Below are positions 41,809 to 56,438 of a stretch of DNA of 64,000 nucleotides, piece after piece (within the stretch, counting starts at the first letter, position 1; every line of letters begins with the position of its first letter). The notes beneath the pieces are model-generated. The model was not told the DNA's origin, made no database searches, and worked only from the letters and a program-made list of their open reading frames with translations. A program made the position numbers and the translations under genes. Source of the stretch: an uncultured Gemmatimonadales bacterium (GTDB taxonomy: Bacteria; Gemmatimonadota; Gemmatimonadetes; Gemmatimonadales; Gemmatimonadaceae); assembly GCA_963851265.1 (NCBI GenBank), contig CAWKNZ010000009.1:32001-96000 (forward strand). The letters are read 5' to 3'.

Positions 41809-42569
41809 CCGTCCCCGCCGGTAGGACGGCCGTCGTCACGGGCGCCGCGCACGGCTTCGGACGCGCGATCGCCGTCGCGCTCGCGGCGCGCGGGGCGCGC
41901 GTGTGGGCCTGCGACGTGCTCGCGGACGAACTGCCCGAGACGCGGCGGCTGTGCGAAGCGGCGGGCGGCGCGTGCGCGGTGCGTGCGGTGGACGTGCGCG
42001 ACAAGGGCGCCGTCGACGCGTTCGTCGCGGAGGCTGCCGCGGCGACGGGGCGTGTCGACATCCTCGTGAACAACGCCGGCGGCGTTCTCGGGCAGGTAGG
42101 CCGCCCGCTGGAGGAGGTGACCGCGCCCGAGTGGCAGAGCATCTTCGACGTGAACGTGGGCGGCGCGTTCTACTGCGCGCAGGCGGTCGCGCCGGGGATG
42201 AAGGCCGCGCGCTGGGGCCGCATCGTGAACATTTCGAGCGGCGCCGGCCTCGGGATCAGCCTCACCGGCATCCAGGCGTACGCGTCGGCGAAGGCCGCGC
42301 AGATCGGGCTCACGCGGCAGCTCGCGCACGAGTTGGGCCCGTGGGGGATCACGGTCAACAACGTCGCGCCAGGCTTCGTCCGCTCCAACGCGGCGACCGA
42401 GCGCCAGTGGGAGTCGTACGGCGAGGAGGGCCAGCGCGCCCTCGTCGAGCGGATCGCGCTGCGGCGCCTGGGTACGCCCGCCGACATCGCCCATGGCGTG
42501 CTCTTCTTCGCGTCCGACGAGGCCGGGTGGATCACCGGCCAGGTGCTCTCGATCGACGGCGGCCGCTGA
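41805..42569 (+). CDS. SDR family oxidoreductase (FabG-like)
   Basis: VTGAAHGFG, NNAG, YASAK, VAPG, ITGQVLSIDGG. Confidence 0.92.
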   Translation: MTVPAGRTAVVTGAAHGFGRAIAVALAARGARVWACDVLADELPETRRLCEAAGGACAVRAVDVRDKGAVDAFVAEAAAATGRVDILVNNAGGVLGQVGRPLEEVTAPEWQSIFDVNVGGAFYCAQAVAPGMKAARWGRIVNISSGAGLGISLTGIQAYASAKAAQIGLTRQLAHELGPWGITVNNVAPGFVRSNAATERQWESYGEEGQRALVERIALRRLGTPADIAHGVLFFASDEAGWITGQVLSIDGGR

Positions 42570-44038
42570 TGACCCGGAACGGGACGGCCGGCGAGTCCGG
42601 CGCCCCCCCGGCGCCGACGACGCCGCCGACGACGGCGCTCGCGCGGGCCGAGGCGCGCGTGGAGGCGCACAGCGCCGCCCTGAAGAAGGAGCTGGGCGTG
42701 GGCGACCTCGTGCTCACGCAGATCCTCTTCATCGTCGGCCTGTCGTGGATCGGCGTGGCGGGCAAGCTCGGGCCGCCGCACGTCATGTTCTGGCTGTTCG
42801 CGATCGTCCTGTTCTACCTGCCGTCGGCCGCGGTCGTGATGTACCTCAGCCGCCTGATGCCGCTCGAGGGCGGGCTGTACCAGTGGGCGAAGCTCGGCTT
42901 CAGCGAGACGGTCGGCTTCCTGCTCGCGTGGAACCTGTGGCTGTACGTGATCGTGCACACGTCCGAGATCGGGCTGGAGTGCGCCACGTATCTCTCGTAC
43001 GCGCTGGGGCCCGGCGCGGCGTGGATGACGACGAGCACGTGGTTCGTCGCGCTGGCGACGGCGGTGCTGCTCGCACTCATGGTGGTCGCGTCGACGGTCG
43101 GGCTCGCGGTCGGCAAGTGGGTGCACAACGCGGGCGGCATCGTGATGCTGCTCGTCTTCGGCCTGCTGGTCGTGCTTCCCGTGCTCGGTCTCGCCACCGG
43201 CCACCTGCGCGAGTACCACCCGCTGCGGACGAGCGTCCCGCCCTTCACGCTCTACAACCTGAACATCCTCGGCAAGATGGGGTTCGGGGCGCTCGGCGGG
43301 TTCGAGTACGTCGCGATCCTCGCGGGCGAGACGCGGTCGCCCGCGCGGGCCGTCCGGCGGTCGGTGGTGATCGCGGCGCCGGTCATCGCGCTCATGTTCA
43401 TCCTGGGCACGAGCACCGTGGTCGCGTACATCCCGACGCGCGACATCGACTTGGTGGGGCCGCTGCCGCAGGTGCTGCGCGCGGGGTTCGGGCCGTTCGG
43501 GATCGCCGGGCAGCTGGTGACGGTCGCGATCCTGATGTCGCTCGCGATGCGCGTCGCGCAGACCAACGTGAGCTTCACCGCGGTGGCGCGCCTGCCGATG
43601 GTGGCCGGGTGGGACCGGCTGCTGCCGGAGTGGTTCAGCCGACTGCACGCGACCTACCGGACGCCGGTCAACTCGATCGTGCTGGTCGGCGTGTGCGCGT
43701 TCGGCGTCGCGCTGCTGAGCCTCGTCGGCGTCGGACAGGCGGAGGCGTTCCAGCTGCTGTTCAACGCGAGCGGCATCTTCTACGCGCTGACGTACGTGGT
43801 GATGTTCGCGATCCCGCTGTTCGGGCTGCGCGGCGTGTCGCCGCGTCCGCCGGCGTGGCTCAAGGTGGCGTCGCTGTCGGGGCTGCTGATGACGCTGCTC
43901 AACGTCGTGCTGTCGGTGATCCCGATCATCGACGTGAAGAGCGTCGCGGCATTCGCGTTCAAGATCACGCTCGTGATCGTGGTGGCGAACCTGCTGGGGG
44001 TCGGCATCCTCGTGTCGGCGCGGCGACGGTCGGCCTGA
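42569..44038 (+). CDS. APC family amino acid permease
   Basis: About 12 TMs, PLEGGLYQW, GFEY..ILAGE. TGATG coupling to the SDR gene. Confidence 0.88.
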   Translation: MTRNGTAGESGAPPAPTTPPTTALARAEARVEAHSAALKKELGVGDLVLTQILFIVGLSWIGVAGKLGPPHVMFWLFAIVLFYLPSAAVVMYLSRLMPLEGGLYQWAKLGFSETVGFLLAWNLWLYVIVHTSEIGLECATYLSYALGPGAAWMTTSTWFVALATAVLLALMVVASTVGLAVGKWVHNAGGIVMLLVFGLLVVLPVLGLATGHLREYHPLRTSVPPFTLYNLNILGKMGFGALGGFEYVAILAGETRSPARAVRRSVVIAAPVIALMFILGTSTVVAYIPTRDIDLVGPLPQVLRAGFGPFGIAGQLVTVAILMSLAMRVAQTNVSFTAVARLPMVAGWDRLLPEWFSRLHATYRTPVNSIVLVGVCAFGVALLSLVGVGQAEAFQLLFNASGIFYALTYVVMFAIPLFGLRGVSPRPPAWLKVASLSGLLMTLLNVVLSVIPIIDVKSVAAFAFKITLVIVVANLLGVGILVSARRRSA

Positions 44039-44089
44039 CGCCGGACGCTGCCTGATGCGTGTCGTCGCCGCCGGGACCGTGCGGCAGGT

Positions 44090-47000
44090 CTAGCGGGACT
44101 CGGCGCGCTCGCGCGGCCGCGGCTCCCGGTCGCGCGCCGGTGCCGACCCGCCAATCCGGAAGAGGTCGTCCAGCGCCGCCGCGATCTCCTCTTCGAGCGC
44201 GGCGCGGTCGACCAGCGCGGCCGCCCCGATCCGCCGCCCGATCCGCGCCAGCACCGCCTCCCGCGCCTCGTCGAGCAGCTCGTACACCGTCGGCACGACG
44301 AGCAGCGTGAGAAGCGTGCTCGTGAGCGTGCCGCCGATCACCGCGATGCCCAACGGCGCGCGGAACTGCGCCCCCTCGCCGGACCCCAGCGCGACCGGGA
44401 TCATCCCCGCGATGAGGGCGAAGGTGGTCATGAGGATCGGCCGCAGCCGCGTCGCGCCGGCGTCGACGAGCGCCGCGCGCAGCCCGAGCTGCCGCTCCTC
44501 GCGCGCCGACTTGGCGAAGTCGATGAGCAGGATCGCGTTCTTGGCCACGATGCCGCAGAGGAGCATCACGCCGATCAGGCTCATGATGTTGATCGTGTCG
44601 CCCGTGACCGCGAGCGCGAACATCACGCCGACCAGCGACAGCGGCAGCGAGAGCATGATCGCGATCGGGTCGAGGAAGGAGCCGAACTGCAGGACGAGGA
44701 TCAGGTACATCAGGAGCACCGCGGTGCCGAGCGCCGCGCCGATCTCGCCGAACACCTCGTCCTGGTCCTTCGACTCGCCGCCCATCGTGACGCGCACGCC
44801 CGGCGGGAGGGCGAGCGCGCGGACCTTGCCCTCGACCTCCGCCGAGACGTCGCCGCTCGGCCGGCCGGCGGTGTTGGCCTCGACCGTGACCACGAGGTCG
44901 CGGTCGAGGTGGTCGATCACGGCGGGGCCGACGCTGCGCGTGACGCGGGCGACCTGGCCCAACGGCACCGTGGCCGCGCCGTCCGGGCCCGCGACGGCGA
45001 GCGGCAGCTCGGCGACGTCGGCGGCGCGGGCGCGCGCGCCGGGGGTGAGGCGCACCTGGACGTCGCGCATCCGGCCGCCCGGGTCCTGCCAGTCGCCGGC
45101 CTTGATCCCCGCGAAGGCGGGGCGCAGCGCCTGCGCGACCTGCCCCGCCGTGACGCCGAGCACGCCGGCGACGCCGCGGTCGAGCACTACGTTCAGCTCG
45201 GGCTTCTGTCCCTTGGTCGAGAGGCCCACGTCGACCGCGCCGGGCACGCCGCGCACCGCGGCCGCGACCTGCTCGGCCGCCCGCGAGAGCGTGGCGAGGT
45301 CCGCGCCGCGCAGCTGGAGCTGCAACTGCTTCTGCCCGCCGTCGAGGTCGTTGGTGAACACGGAGAACGTCGCGCCCGCGAGCCGCGACGTCTCACGCCG
45401 CAGCTCGGCCGCGACCGCCTCGGCGTCCTTCGCGCGGCGCTCCTTCGGGACGAGGCGGACGTAGACGTTCCCCTCGTCGACGCTCCCGCCCGCGCCGCCG
45501 CCTAACGTGACGTACGTGTAGCGCACTTCGGGGTGCGCGCGCGCGATCCGGACGGCCTCCTCGGCCTTCTCGCGCGTGTAGGCGAGGTTGGAGCCCGGCG
45601 GCGTCTCGATGGCCATCGTGAACTCCGAGCGGTCGTCGGTCGGGAAGAAGCTGACGCCGACCGGACGCCAGGCGGGCACCAGCTGCGGCCCGACAGCGAA
45701 CACCGCGACGCCGAGCGCCCCGAGGCCGAGGCGGGCGGCGACCGGCGCGCGCGCGAGGGTGAGCGCGCCGACGACCAGGCCGATCCCGGCGAGCGCGACG
45801 CCGAGCCCGGTGAGTCCCGCGGAGGGGAGGACGAAGGAGGCGAGGAAGCTGCCCACCGCCACGGTGATCATGACCGCGCGGTGGTCGAGCGCCCACGCGA
45901 TCACGTCGCGGTAGCGTTCCGACTGCCGGTCGAACCACGCGTTGAAGCGGTCGAGCGCGCGCGTGAGGCGCGATTTCTCGTCCTCGCGCACGTGCGGGTC
46001 GGGCCAGTAGGCCGAGAGCATCGGGTCGAGCGAGAAGCTGACGAACAGCGAGACGAGCACCGCGCACGCGATCGTGAGCGCGAAGGGCTTGAACCACTGC
46101 CCGCCGACCCCCGGCATGAAGCCGATCGGCACGAAGACGGCGAGGATCGAGAACGTGGTCGCGGCCACGGCGAGCCCGATCTCGTCGGTGCCCTCGTGCG
46201 CGGCCGCCACGTGGTCCTTCCCCATCTCGACGTGACGCACGATGTTCTCGCGCACGACGATCGCGTCGTCGATCAGGATCCCGATGGCGAGCGAGAGCCC
46301 GAGCAGCGACATCGTTTCGAGCTTGAAGCCGAGCAGCCAGACGGCGATGAACGAGGCGAGCACGCTCACCGGCAGCGCGAGCCCGGTGATGATCGTCGAG
46401 CGCCACGAGTTGAGGAAGACGAACACGACGAGTACGGTGAGCACGGCGCCCTCGACGAGCGCCTCCTCGACGTTCCGCACGGCGGCATCGACGCGCGTGC
46501 CGGCGTCGCGCACGAGCTCGAGCCGGGTGCCCGGCGGCAGGCGGCGCTGGATCGCGGCGACGCGCTCGCGGACCCGCTCGCCCACGTCGGTCGTGCTGTA
46601 GCCCTGCCCCTTCTTGATGTCGATGCCGACGGCCTCGCGCCCGTCGTAGAGGGCGAGCGAGCGCGCCTCCTCGGTGCCGTCGCCGACGTCGGCCACGGCG
46701 CCGAGCCGGACGAGGGCGCCGTTGCGCTGCGCGACGACGAGGTCGGCGAACTCGCGCGGGTCGACGAAGCGGCCCTTGAGCCGGATGCTGCGCTCGTCGA
46801 GTGCGCCCTCGACGCGCCCCACGGGGGCGGCGAGGTTCTGCGCCTGCAGCGCCTGGACGACGTCGCTCACGCTCACCCCGTTCGCCCTGAGCGCGTCGGG
46901 CTTGAGCAGCACCGAGATCTCGCGCACGGCCTTCCCGAACACCTGCACCTCGGCCACGCCCGGGATCGCGCGCAGCTCGCGCGTGATGCCCGGGTCGACG

Positions 47001-47467
47001 ATCGACGTGAGCGCGGCCTGCGACTGCGACGTGCTGGCGAGGGCGAGCGAGACGATCGGGCGATCGGTGTCGGAGAGCTTCTTGATCTGCGGCTCCTTCA
47101 TCTCCGCCGGCAGGTCGGCGCGGATGCCCGAGATCGCGTCGCGGATCTCCTGCGACGCCTCGTTCAGGTCCTTGCCGTACTGGAACTCGACCTGGACGCT
47201 TGCGTAGCCGTCGTAGGCCTTCCCCTGCACCTCCTTCACGCCGGCGATCGTCGCGATGTGTTCCTCGATCGGGTCGACGATCTCCTTCTCGACGCCGTCG
47301 GGCGAGGCGCCGGGATAGGCGATGTTGACCGCGACGACCACGGGCGAGACGTCGGGGTACTCGTCGGTCTTGAGCTTGAGCAGCGCGACGAGCCCGACGA
47401 GGGCGAGCGAGACCATCGCCACGAGCGTGACGAGCGGGCGCCGGATGGCGAAATCGGAGATGACCAT
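44090..47467 (-). CDS. RND efflux permease (AcrB/AcrD/AcrF family)
   Basis: ISDFAIRRP, GILIDDAIVVRENI, VAKNAILL, RLRPILMTT. Confidence 0.93.
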   Translation of the reverse strand: MVISDFAIRRPLVTLVAMVSLALVGLVALLKLKTDEYPDVSPVVVAVNIAYPGASPDGVEKEIVDPIEEHIATIAGVKEVQGKAYDGYASVQVEFQYGKDLNEASQEIRDAISGIRADLPAEMKEPQIKKLSDTDRPIVSLALASTSQSQAALTSIVDPGITRELRAIPGVAEVQVFGKAVREISVLLKPDALRANGVSVSDVVQALQAQNLAAPVGRVEGALDERSIRLKGRFVDPREFADLVVAQRNGALVRLGAVADVGDGTEEARSLALYDGREAVGIDIKKGQGYSTTDVGERVRERVAAIQRRLPPGTRLELVRDAGTRVDAAVRNVEEALVEGAVLTVLVVFVFLNSWRSTIITGLALPVSVLASFIAVWLLGFKLETMSLLGLSLAIGILIDDAIVVRENIVRHVEMGKDHVAAAHEGTDEIGLAVAATTFSILAVFVPIGFMPGVGGQWFKPFALTIACAVLVSLFVSFSLDPMLSAYWPDPHVREDEKSRLTRALDRFNAWFDRQSERYRDVIAWALDHRAVMITVAVGSFLASFVLPSAGLTGLGVALAGIGLVVGALTLARAPVAARLGLGALGVAVFAVGPQLVPAWRPVGVSFFPTDDRSEFTMAIETPPGSNLAYTREKAEEAVRIARAHPEVRYTYVTLGGGAGGSVDEGNVYVRLVPKERRAKDAEAVAAELRRETSRLAGATFSVFTNDLDGGQKQLQLQLRGADLATLSRAAEQVAAAVRGVPGAVDVGLSTKGQKPELNVVLDRGVAGVLGVTAGQVAQALRPAFAGIKAGDWQDPGGRMRDVQVRLTPGARARAADVAELPLAVAGPDGAATVPLGQVARVTRSVGPAVIDHLDRDLVVTVEANTAGRPSGDVSAEVEGKVRALALPPGVRVTMGGESKDQDEVFGEIGAALGTAVLLMYLILVLQFGSFLDPIAIMLSLPLSLVGVMFALAVTGDTINIMSLIGVMLLCGIVAKNAILLIDFAKSAREERQLGLRAALVDAGATRLRPILMTTFALIAGMIPVALGSGEGAQFRAPLGIAVIGGTLTSTLLTLLVVPTVYELLDEAREAVLARIGRRIGAAALVDRAALEEEIAAALDDLFRIGGSAPARDREPRPRERAESR

Positions 47468-47718
47468 GGCCGCGTCGTGAAGGCGGGGTCGAACGGGGGA
47501 GGGACGGACTGCTGTCCCTGGACGATCGTCCGCCGATCCGGTCCCACGGCGGGGAGCGACTGACACGAGAACGTGGTCGCAGGCGCGCGGGCGCGGCCTA
47601 ACAGCGCGCGCCCGCCGCGGCCCGCGCCGGGGGCGCGGGCCAGCCTTCCGGGCCGTCGCGCTGTCTCAATCCGTATCCCGTTGTAACGCGCCGCCCCGCT
47701 GTTCCGTACATTCGAGTC

Positions 47719-49803
47719 ATGACCCACTCCGACGGCGACCCGACTGCCGACGACGGCTTCGGCGAGGCGCTCGCCGCGGCGCTCGCCCCTGCCCTCGAGC
47801 TCGAACGCGAGCTGGCCGGCGGCGCCATGGCGCGCGTGTTCGTCGCCCGCGAGGTGGCCCTCGACCGGCGCGTGGTCGCCAAGGTCCTCCCCCCGATGCT
47901 CGCCGCGGGCATCAACCGCGACCGGTTCCGCCGCGAGATCCAGCTCGCCGCGCAGCTGCAGCACCCGCACGTCGTGCCGCTCCTGGCCGCCGGCGAGGTC
48001 GGGCCCGCGACGGGCCCGGCGGCCGCCGGGGCGGTGGGCTCGCTCTACTACACGATGCCCTTCATCGAGGGCGAGTCGCTGCGGGCGGAGCTGGCCGCGC
48101 GTGCGGCGCGCGGTGCGCCATTCACCTGGCGCGAGGTGCTCCGCATCCTCCGCGACGTGGCCGAGGCGCTCGGGTACGCCCACGCGCGGGGCGTGGTCCA
48201 CCGCGACGTGAAGCCGGGCAACGTGCTGCTGCTGCACGGGCACGCCCTGGTCACCGACTTCGGAGTCGCGAAGGCGCTCGCGTCGGCATTGTCCCCGTCA
48301 CCGGCGGCCACGATGACCACGCTCGGCATGGCCATCGGCACGCCCGCCTACATGGCGCCCGAGCAGCTCGCGGCCGATCCGGCGGCCGACCACCGGATGG
48401 ACCTCTACGCCGCCGGGCTGGTCGCCTACGAGATGCTGAGCGGGGAGTCGCCGTTCGCCGCGGCGTCGCCGCAGGCCACGCTCGCCGCGCAGCTCACGCG
48501 CGTGCCGGCAGACCTCGCCGCGCTCCGCCCCGACATCCCGCCCGCGCTCGCGGCGGCGGTGATGCAGTGTCTCGCGAAGGACCCGGCCGAGCGCCCCCCT
48601 ACGGCCACCGCGCTGGTGGCCATGCTCGACGCGGTGGTGGAGGTGCCCGGCGGCGCGGCGGCCAGCGGCACCTCGCCCGCTCGCGCGGTGCGGGCGGCGC
48701 GGTGGTCCGCGCCGTCCCGCGCACGGGTGGGCGGCCTCGCTGCGGCGGTCGCGGTCGCGCTGGCGGCGGCCGGCGGTGCATGGGTCGCGCGTGGGCCCGA
48801 CCGCACCGCGGGTGTCGCGACCGCCGCGTCCATCGTGCCCGCCGCGGCGGGAGCCGCCGGACCGCGTGGCGTGGCCGGCCCGGTCGGCGCGGGGGCAGGC
48901 GGGGCGGGCGTAGTCGACGCCGGCCTCCCCGGCGCTGCGAACGGCACGCCCGGCCGCGCGGCCCTGTCGCGCGCCGACTCCGCCGCCATCGCCGCCGCGG
49001 TCGAACGCGAGTTCGAGCGGGCGGCCGTCCGGCACGCGCGCCCACCGGCCGACGAGCCGGGCGCGCCGCCGCGCTCCGTCGCCGCGCCCCCCGCGGCGAC
49101 GGTCGGGGACACCGCCGATCTGCGCCGCGCGGCGCGCACGATGGTCGCTGATTCGCTCGTCCGCATGGGCGATCGCTGGTCGCACCTCCCCCCCGAAATG
49201 GTGCGGGCGCTCGTCGGGCGGCTCGCGGCCGATGCGCCGCACGGGCCGCGCACCGGGCGGACCCGTGACCTCGACGGCGGGCAGGGGGGCCCGACGCCCG
49301 ACGACCTCGACGCGTTCGCGCCGCCGTCGGCACGCGGGCGCGCGGGCGCGTTCGCGAGCATGGCGGCCGCGCTCCCGCCCCCGACGCCGGGCGCGCGTCG
49401 CGTGGTGCTCGTGATGCTGCACGACGGCACCGGGACCCCGGCGCTCCGCGGGGTCGCGCCGTTGGTCGATGCCGCGTTGCGCGCGCAGCTCCGCACTCTG
49501 GGCACGTTCGATCTCACGGACGTCGGCCTCGGCGCGGTCATCCGGCACGAGCACGTCCCGGACGGCGAGGTCGCGCGCGCGGCGAACGCGTCCGCGGTGC
49601 TGCACGGGACCGTGATCACGGCCGGCGATCGCGTGCGGGCCATGCTCGTCGTCTACGACGCGCGGCGCGGCGTGCCGGCGATGGTCCAGGCCGACGCGCC
49701 GATCGGGAGTGCGTCGACGCCCCCCTCGCTCGCCGACGCGCTCGCCGCGCCGCTGGCGCGCGCCGTCGCGAGCGCGCTCGATGCCACGTCCGCGGGGCGC
49801 TGA
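47719..49803 (+). CDS. Ser/Thr protein kinase with TM and C-terminal extracellular domain
   Basis: GGAMARVF, HRDVKPGN, DFG, GTPAYMAPEQ, then a TM helix. Confidence 0.9.
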   Translation: MTHSDGDPTADDGFGEALAAALAPALELERELAGGAMARVFVAREVALDRRVVAKVLPPMLAAGINRDRFRREIQLAAQLQHPHVVPLLAAGEVGPATGPAAAGAVGSLYYTMPFIEGESLRAELAARAARGAPFTWREVLRILRDVAEALGYAHARGVVHRDVKPGNVLLLHGHALVTDFGVAKALASALSPSPAATMTTLGMAIGTPAYMAPEQLAADPAADHRMDLYAAGLVAYEMLSGESPFAAASPQATLAAQLTRVPADLAALRPDIPPALAAAVMQCLAKDPAERPPTATALVAMLDAVVEVPGGAAASGTSPARAVRAARWSAPSRARVGGLAAAVAVALAAAGGAWVARGPDRTAGVATAASIVPAAAGAAGPRGVAGPVGAGAGGAGVVDAGLPGAANGTPGRAALSRADSAAIAAAVEREFERAAVRHARPPADEPGAPPRSVAAPPAATVGDTADLRRAARTMVADSLVRMGDRWSHLPPEMVRALVGRLAADAPHGPRTGRTRDLDGGQGGPTPDDLDAFAPPSARGRAGAFASMAAALPPPTPGARRVVLVMLHDGTGTPALRGVAPLVDAALRAQLRTLGTFDLTDVGLGAVIRHEHVPDGEVARAANASAVLHGTVITAGDRVRAMLVVYDARRGVPAMVQADAPIGSASTPPSLADALAAPLARAVASALDATSAGR

Positions 49804-49843
49804 GCGGATCGCCTCGCGCGAACGCGTGACGCGATCGTGCGGG

Positions 49844-50434
49844 CTACGGTTCGAGCGTCGCGCCGGGTGAGGGGTCGGGCGCGCGCCGTGCGCGTACCGT
49901 CAGATAGGCCACCGTGTCCCACGCGTTGTGGATGCCGATGCAGAGCAGGACCAGCGTCATGGCCGCGACCACGAAGAGCGCGGCGTGGGGATCGCGCACC
50001 AGCCCCGCCGCGACGGCGACCCCGGCGTATGCACCCGCCGGCAGCCCCACGTGCCAGATCCAGTCTTCCAACACGGGCTGGTAGACGGTCTGGCGACGCG
50101 TACGGCGGAGAACGATGCCGACGTACCCTACCCCGATGAGCCCCGCCGCGACGAGCACGAGACGCACACCGGCGAGCGAGGGCCACGGGGCACTCAGGCC
50201 GGCCGAGAAGAGAAGCGCCGCGGCGAAATGCACCACCGTCGGCGTTCCGAACGCCGCGACGGTGTGCTCGGCGTTCCCGTCGATCGGCGTCGGCACCGAC
50301 GCCTGCCCGATGAGCGTCTGCACGACGAACTGCAACCCGGTCAGCGCCGCGGCAGCCGACCCCGTGATGACGTAGTAGTTCGCCCACGGTTCGAGCAGGG
50401 CGTGCGCCAGCTCGGGCCCGGTCACCGGCGTCAC
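49844..50434 (-). CDS. Hypothetical membrane protein
   Basis: WANYYVITGSAAAALTGLQFV, about 5 TMs, GIHNAWD. Starts directly after the AKR stop. Confidence 0.75.
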   Translation of the reverse strand: MTPVTGPELAHALLEPWANYYVITGSAAAALTGLQFVVQTLIGQASVPTPIDGNAEHTVAAFGTPTVVHFAAALLFSAGLSAPWPSLAGVRLVLVAAGLIGVGYVGIVLRRTRRQTVYQPVLEDWIWHVGLPAGAYAGVAVAAGLVRDPHAALFVVAAMTLVLLCIGIHNAWDTVAYLTVRARRAPDPSPGATLEP

Positions 50435-50435
50435 G

Positions 50436-54640
<4,205 letters not shown>

Positions 54641-54830
54641 GGGGCGTCCGTGATAGGGCCGGCGTGGAAGCGGAAGCGCTACACGCCTCGGCCACAACAA
54701 TACGCATCGCGTGTCACACCGCGAGTGAGGATCGGGTGAGGATCGGGTGATCGCGCCGCGCGATAGTCGCGTCGCCGCGTCGGACACCCCGGTTCTGCTG
54801 CGGCTCGTCCCCGACTCCTGGTGTGTACCG

Positions 54831-55790
54831 ATGCGATTCCTGAGTTTCCCCGGGCGTACGCCGCGCGAGGCACGTTGCACGCTCGGCGCGCTCGCCGTGG
54901 GCGCGCTCGCGCTCGGCGCCTGCGCCGATGGCCCCGGCGCGACGGCGCCGTCGCCGGCCGCGGCGATCGTCGCGCCGTGCGCGGCCAACCGCGCCAACCA
55001 GTCGCAGCTGCAGTTGGTGTGCAGCGCGGGGGTGACCGACGCCGTGCAGACCGGGCACGCACCGGGCGGCTCGATCTTCCGCACCGGCTTCGAGCCGCCC
55101 ACCTACACCGCAGGCCCGCTGACCGGTCAGGACGGCTGGCTCAGCATCACCCACGACGCGGCCGCGACGGTCTCCGCGGACCGGCCGCGTGAGGGCCGCC
55201 AGTCCATGCACATCGATGGCCGGCTCGTCGTGCCGATTCCGGGGCAGGACGCGACCGGTAGCGTGAACTTCCGCAATCTGTTCTACGACACCGGTGCGGC
55301 GGGAACGCCGATCGTCGACGTGCAGGCGGACGTGCGACTCGACGGGCCCCGGACGTACAGCGACGATCCCAACGACGACGCGGTCAGCGCCCGTCTCGTG
55401 GCGATCGGCCTCGACCCGGATGGTGCGCGCCGGCGCCTGGGCTTCGCCGTGGTGTCGTCGGTCGGCGCGTTTCACGCCGAAGCCGACGGTGGCCGGATCG
55501 TCGCGGCCGCGCCGACCACGCTGGGCCACGCGCACACCGTCCGGATGCGGTGCGATTTCGCGCGTCGCACCATCGAGTTCTTCCTCGACGGCCGCTCGTT
55601 AGGCACCTGGCCGTTCTTCGACGCCGCCGCCACGTCCACCGTACTCGCGAACGTGCGGCTCGACCTGCGGGCCGAGAGCACCCCGCAGTACGACGCCGCG
55701 CCATACCAGGCCTCCTTCGACAAGCTCGCCGTGCGGGTCGCGCGGCCGGGGGCAGAGCGCCCCGACCCGGACGACGACGACGGACGGTGA
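54831..55790 (+). CDS. Hypothetical lipoprotein (beta-sandwich)
   Basis: LGAC lipobox, FRTGFEPPTY..GPLTGQDGW, beta-rich body. Confidence 0.7.
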   Translation: MRFLSFPGRTPREARCTLGALAVGALALGACADGPGATAPSPAAAIVAPCAANRANQSQLQLVCSAGVTDAVQTGHAPGGSIFRTGFEPPTYTAGPLTGQDGWLSITHDAAATVSADRPREGRQSMHIDGRLVVPIPGQDATGSVNFRNLFYDTGAAGTPIVDVQADVRLDGPRTYSDDPNDDAVSARLVAIGLDPDGARRRLGFAVVSSVGAFHAEADGGRIVAAAPTTLGHAHTVRMRCDFARRTIEFFLDGRSLGTWPFFDAAATSTVLANVRLDLRAESTPQYDAAPYQASFDKLAVRVARPGAERPDPDDDDGR

Positions 55791-55966
55791 GCACCGTCGG
55801 TCGACGGTGGCGTGGGGTCACGCCGGTTCCACCCGGGCCGCCCCGGCGCGGGCCGGCGTCGGGCGCGCCGGGTCCGCGTTCCCGGCCGCGCGACTCGCGC
55901 GGAGGCCCGCCCGACGTTTGCGCGGTCGCGACCGTCGTCGTATCCTGGGCGCGGGTCCGGGACGGC

Positions 55967-56368
55967 GTGAACACCCGTGGAGAAGAGAATGGGCACGGTC
56001 AGGGGTTCGGGCACTTTCTGTTTTGGACCGGCACGCAGCTCCGGAACGTCGAGGGGCGCACGTTCCTCGTCACCCTCGTCAGGCGCGACGACCATGGGAC
56101 GTTCAACGAGTACCTGATCCGAAGGACGGTCGAGAACGACCTGGCGCGCATGGGCGCGGTGCGAGTGGCCGCCGGACGCATCCCGTCGCGCGTGCTCGCC
56201 ACGATGAGCGACGTCGACGAGCAGAGCCTCGGCGCGGGGCTCGGCGACGCCTGGAACGATCCGGTCCAGACGTGGCGGGTCCGGCGCCCGACCGGCGACC
56301 TCTGGGTGCAGTACACGGACAACTCGGCCGAGGCCTCGCCGGCGGTGGTCGAGGCGCGGCCCGACTGA
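55967..56368 (+). CDS. Hypothetical protein or gene fragment
   Basis: FLFWTG..VEG, NEYLIRR, GLGDAWNDPVQTW.VRR..GDLWVQ reads as protein-like. Start uncertain; no signal peptide. Confidence 0.5.
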   Translation: MNTRGEENGHGQGFGHFLFWTGTQLRNVEGRTFLVTLVRRDDHGTFNEYLIRRTVENDLARMGAVRVAAGRIPSRVLATMSDVDEQSLGAGLGDAWNDPVQTWRVRRPTGDLWVQYTDNSAEASPAVVEARPD

Positions 56369-56438
56369 CCGGTTCGCGGTCCGGCGCGCGTGAACCCGTC
56401 CGGCCGCACCGAGCGCGACGTCCCGAGCAGAATCAGCC

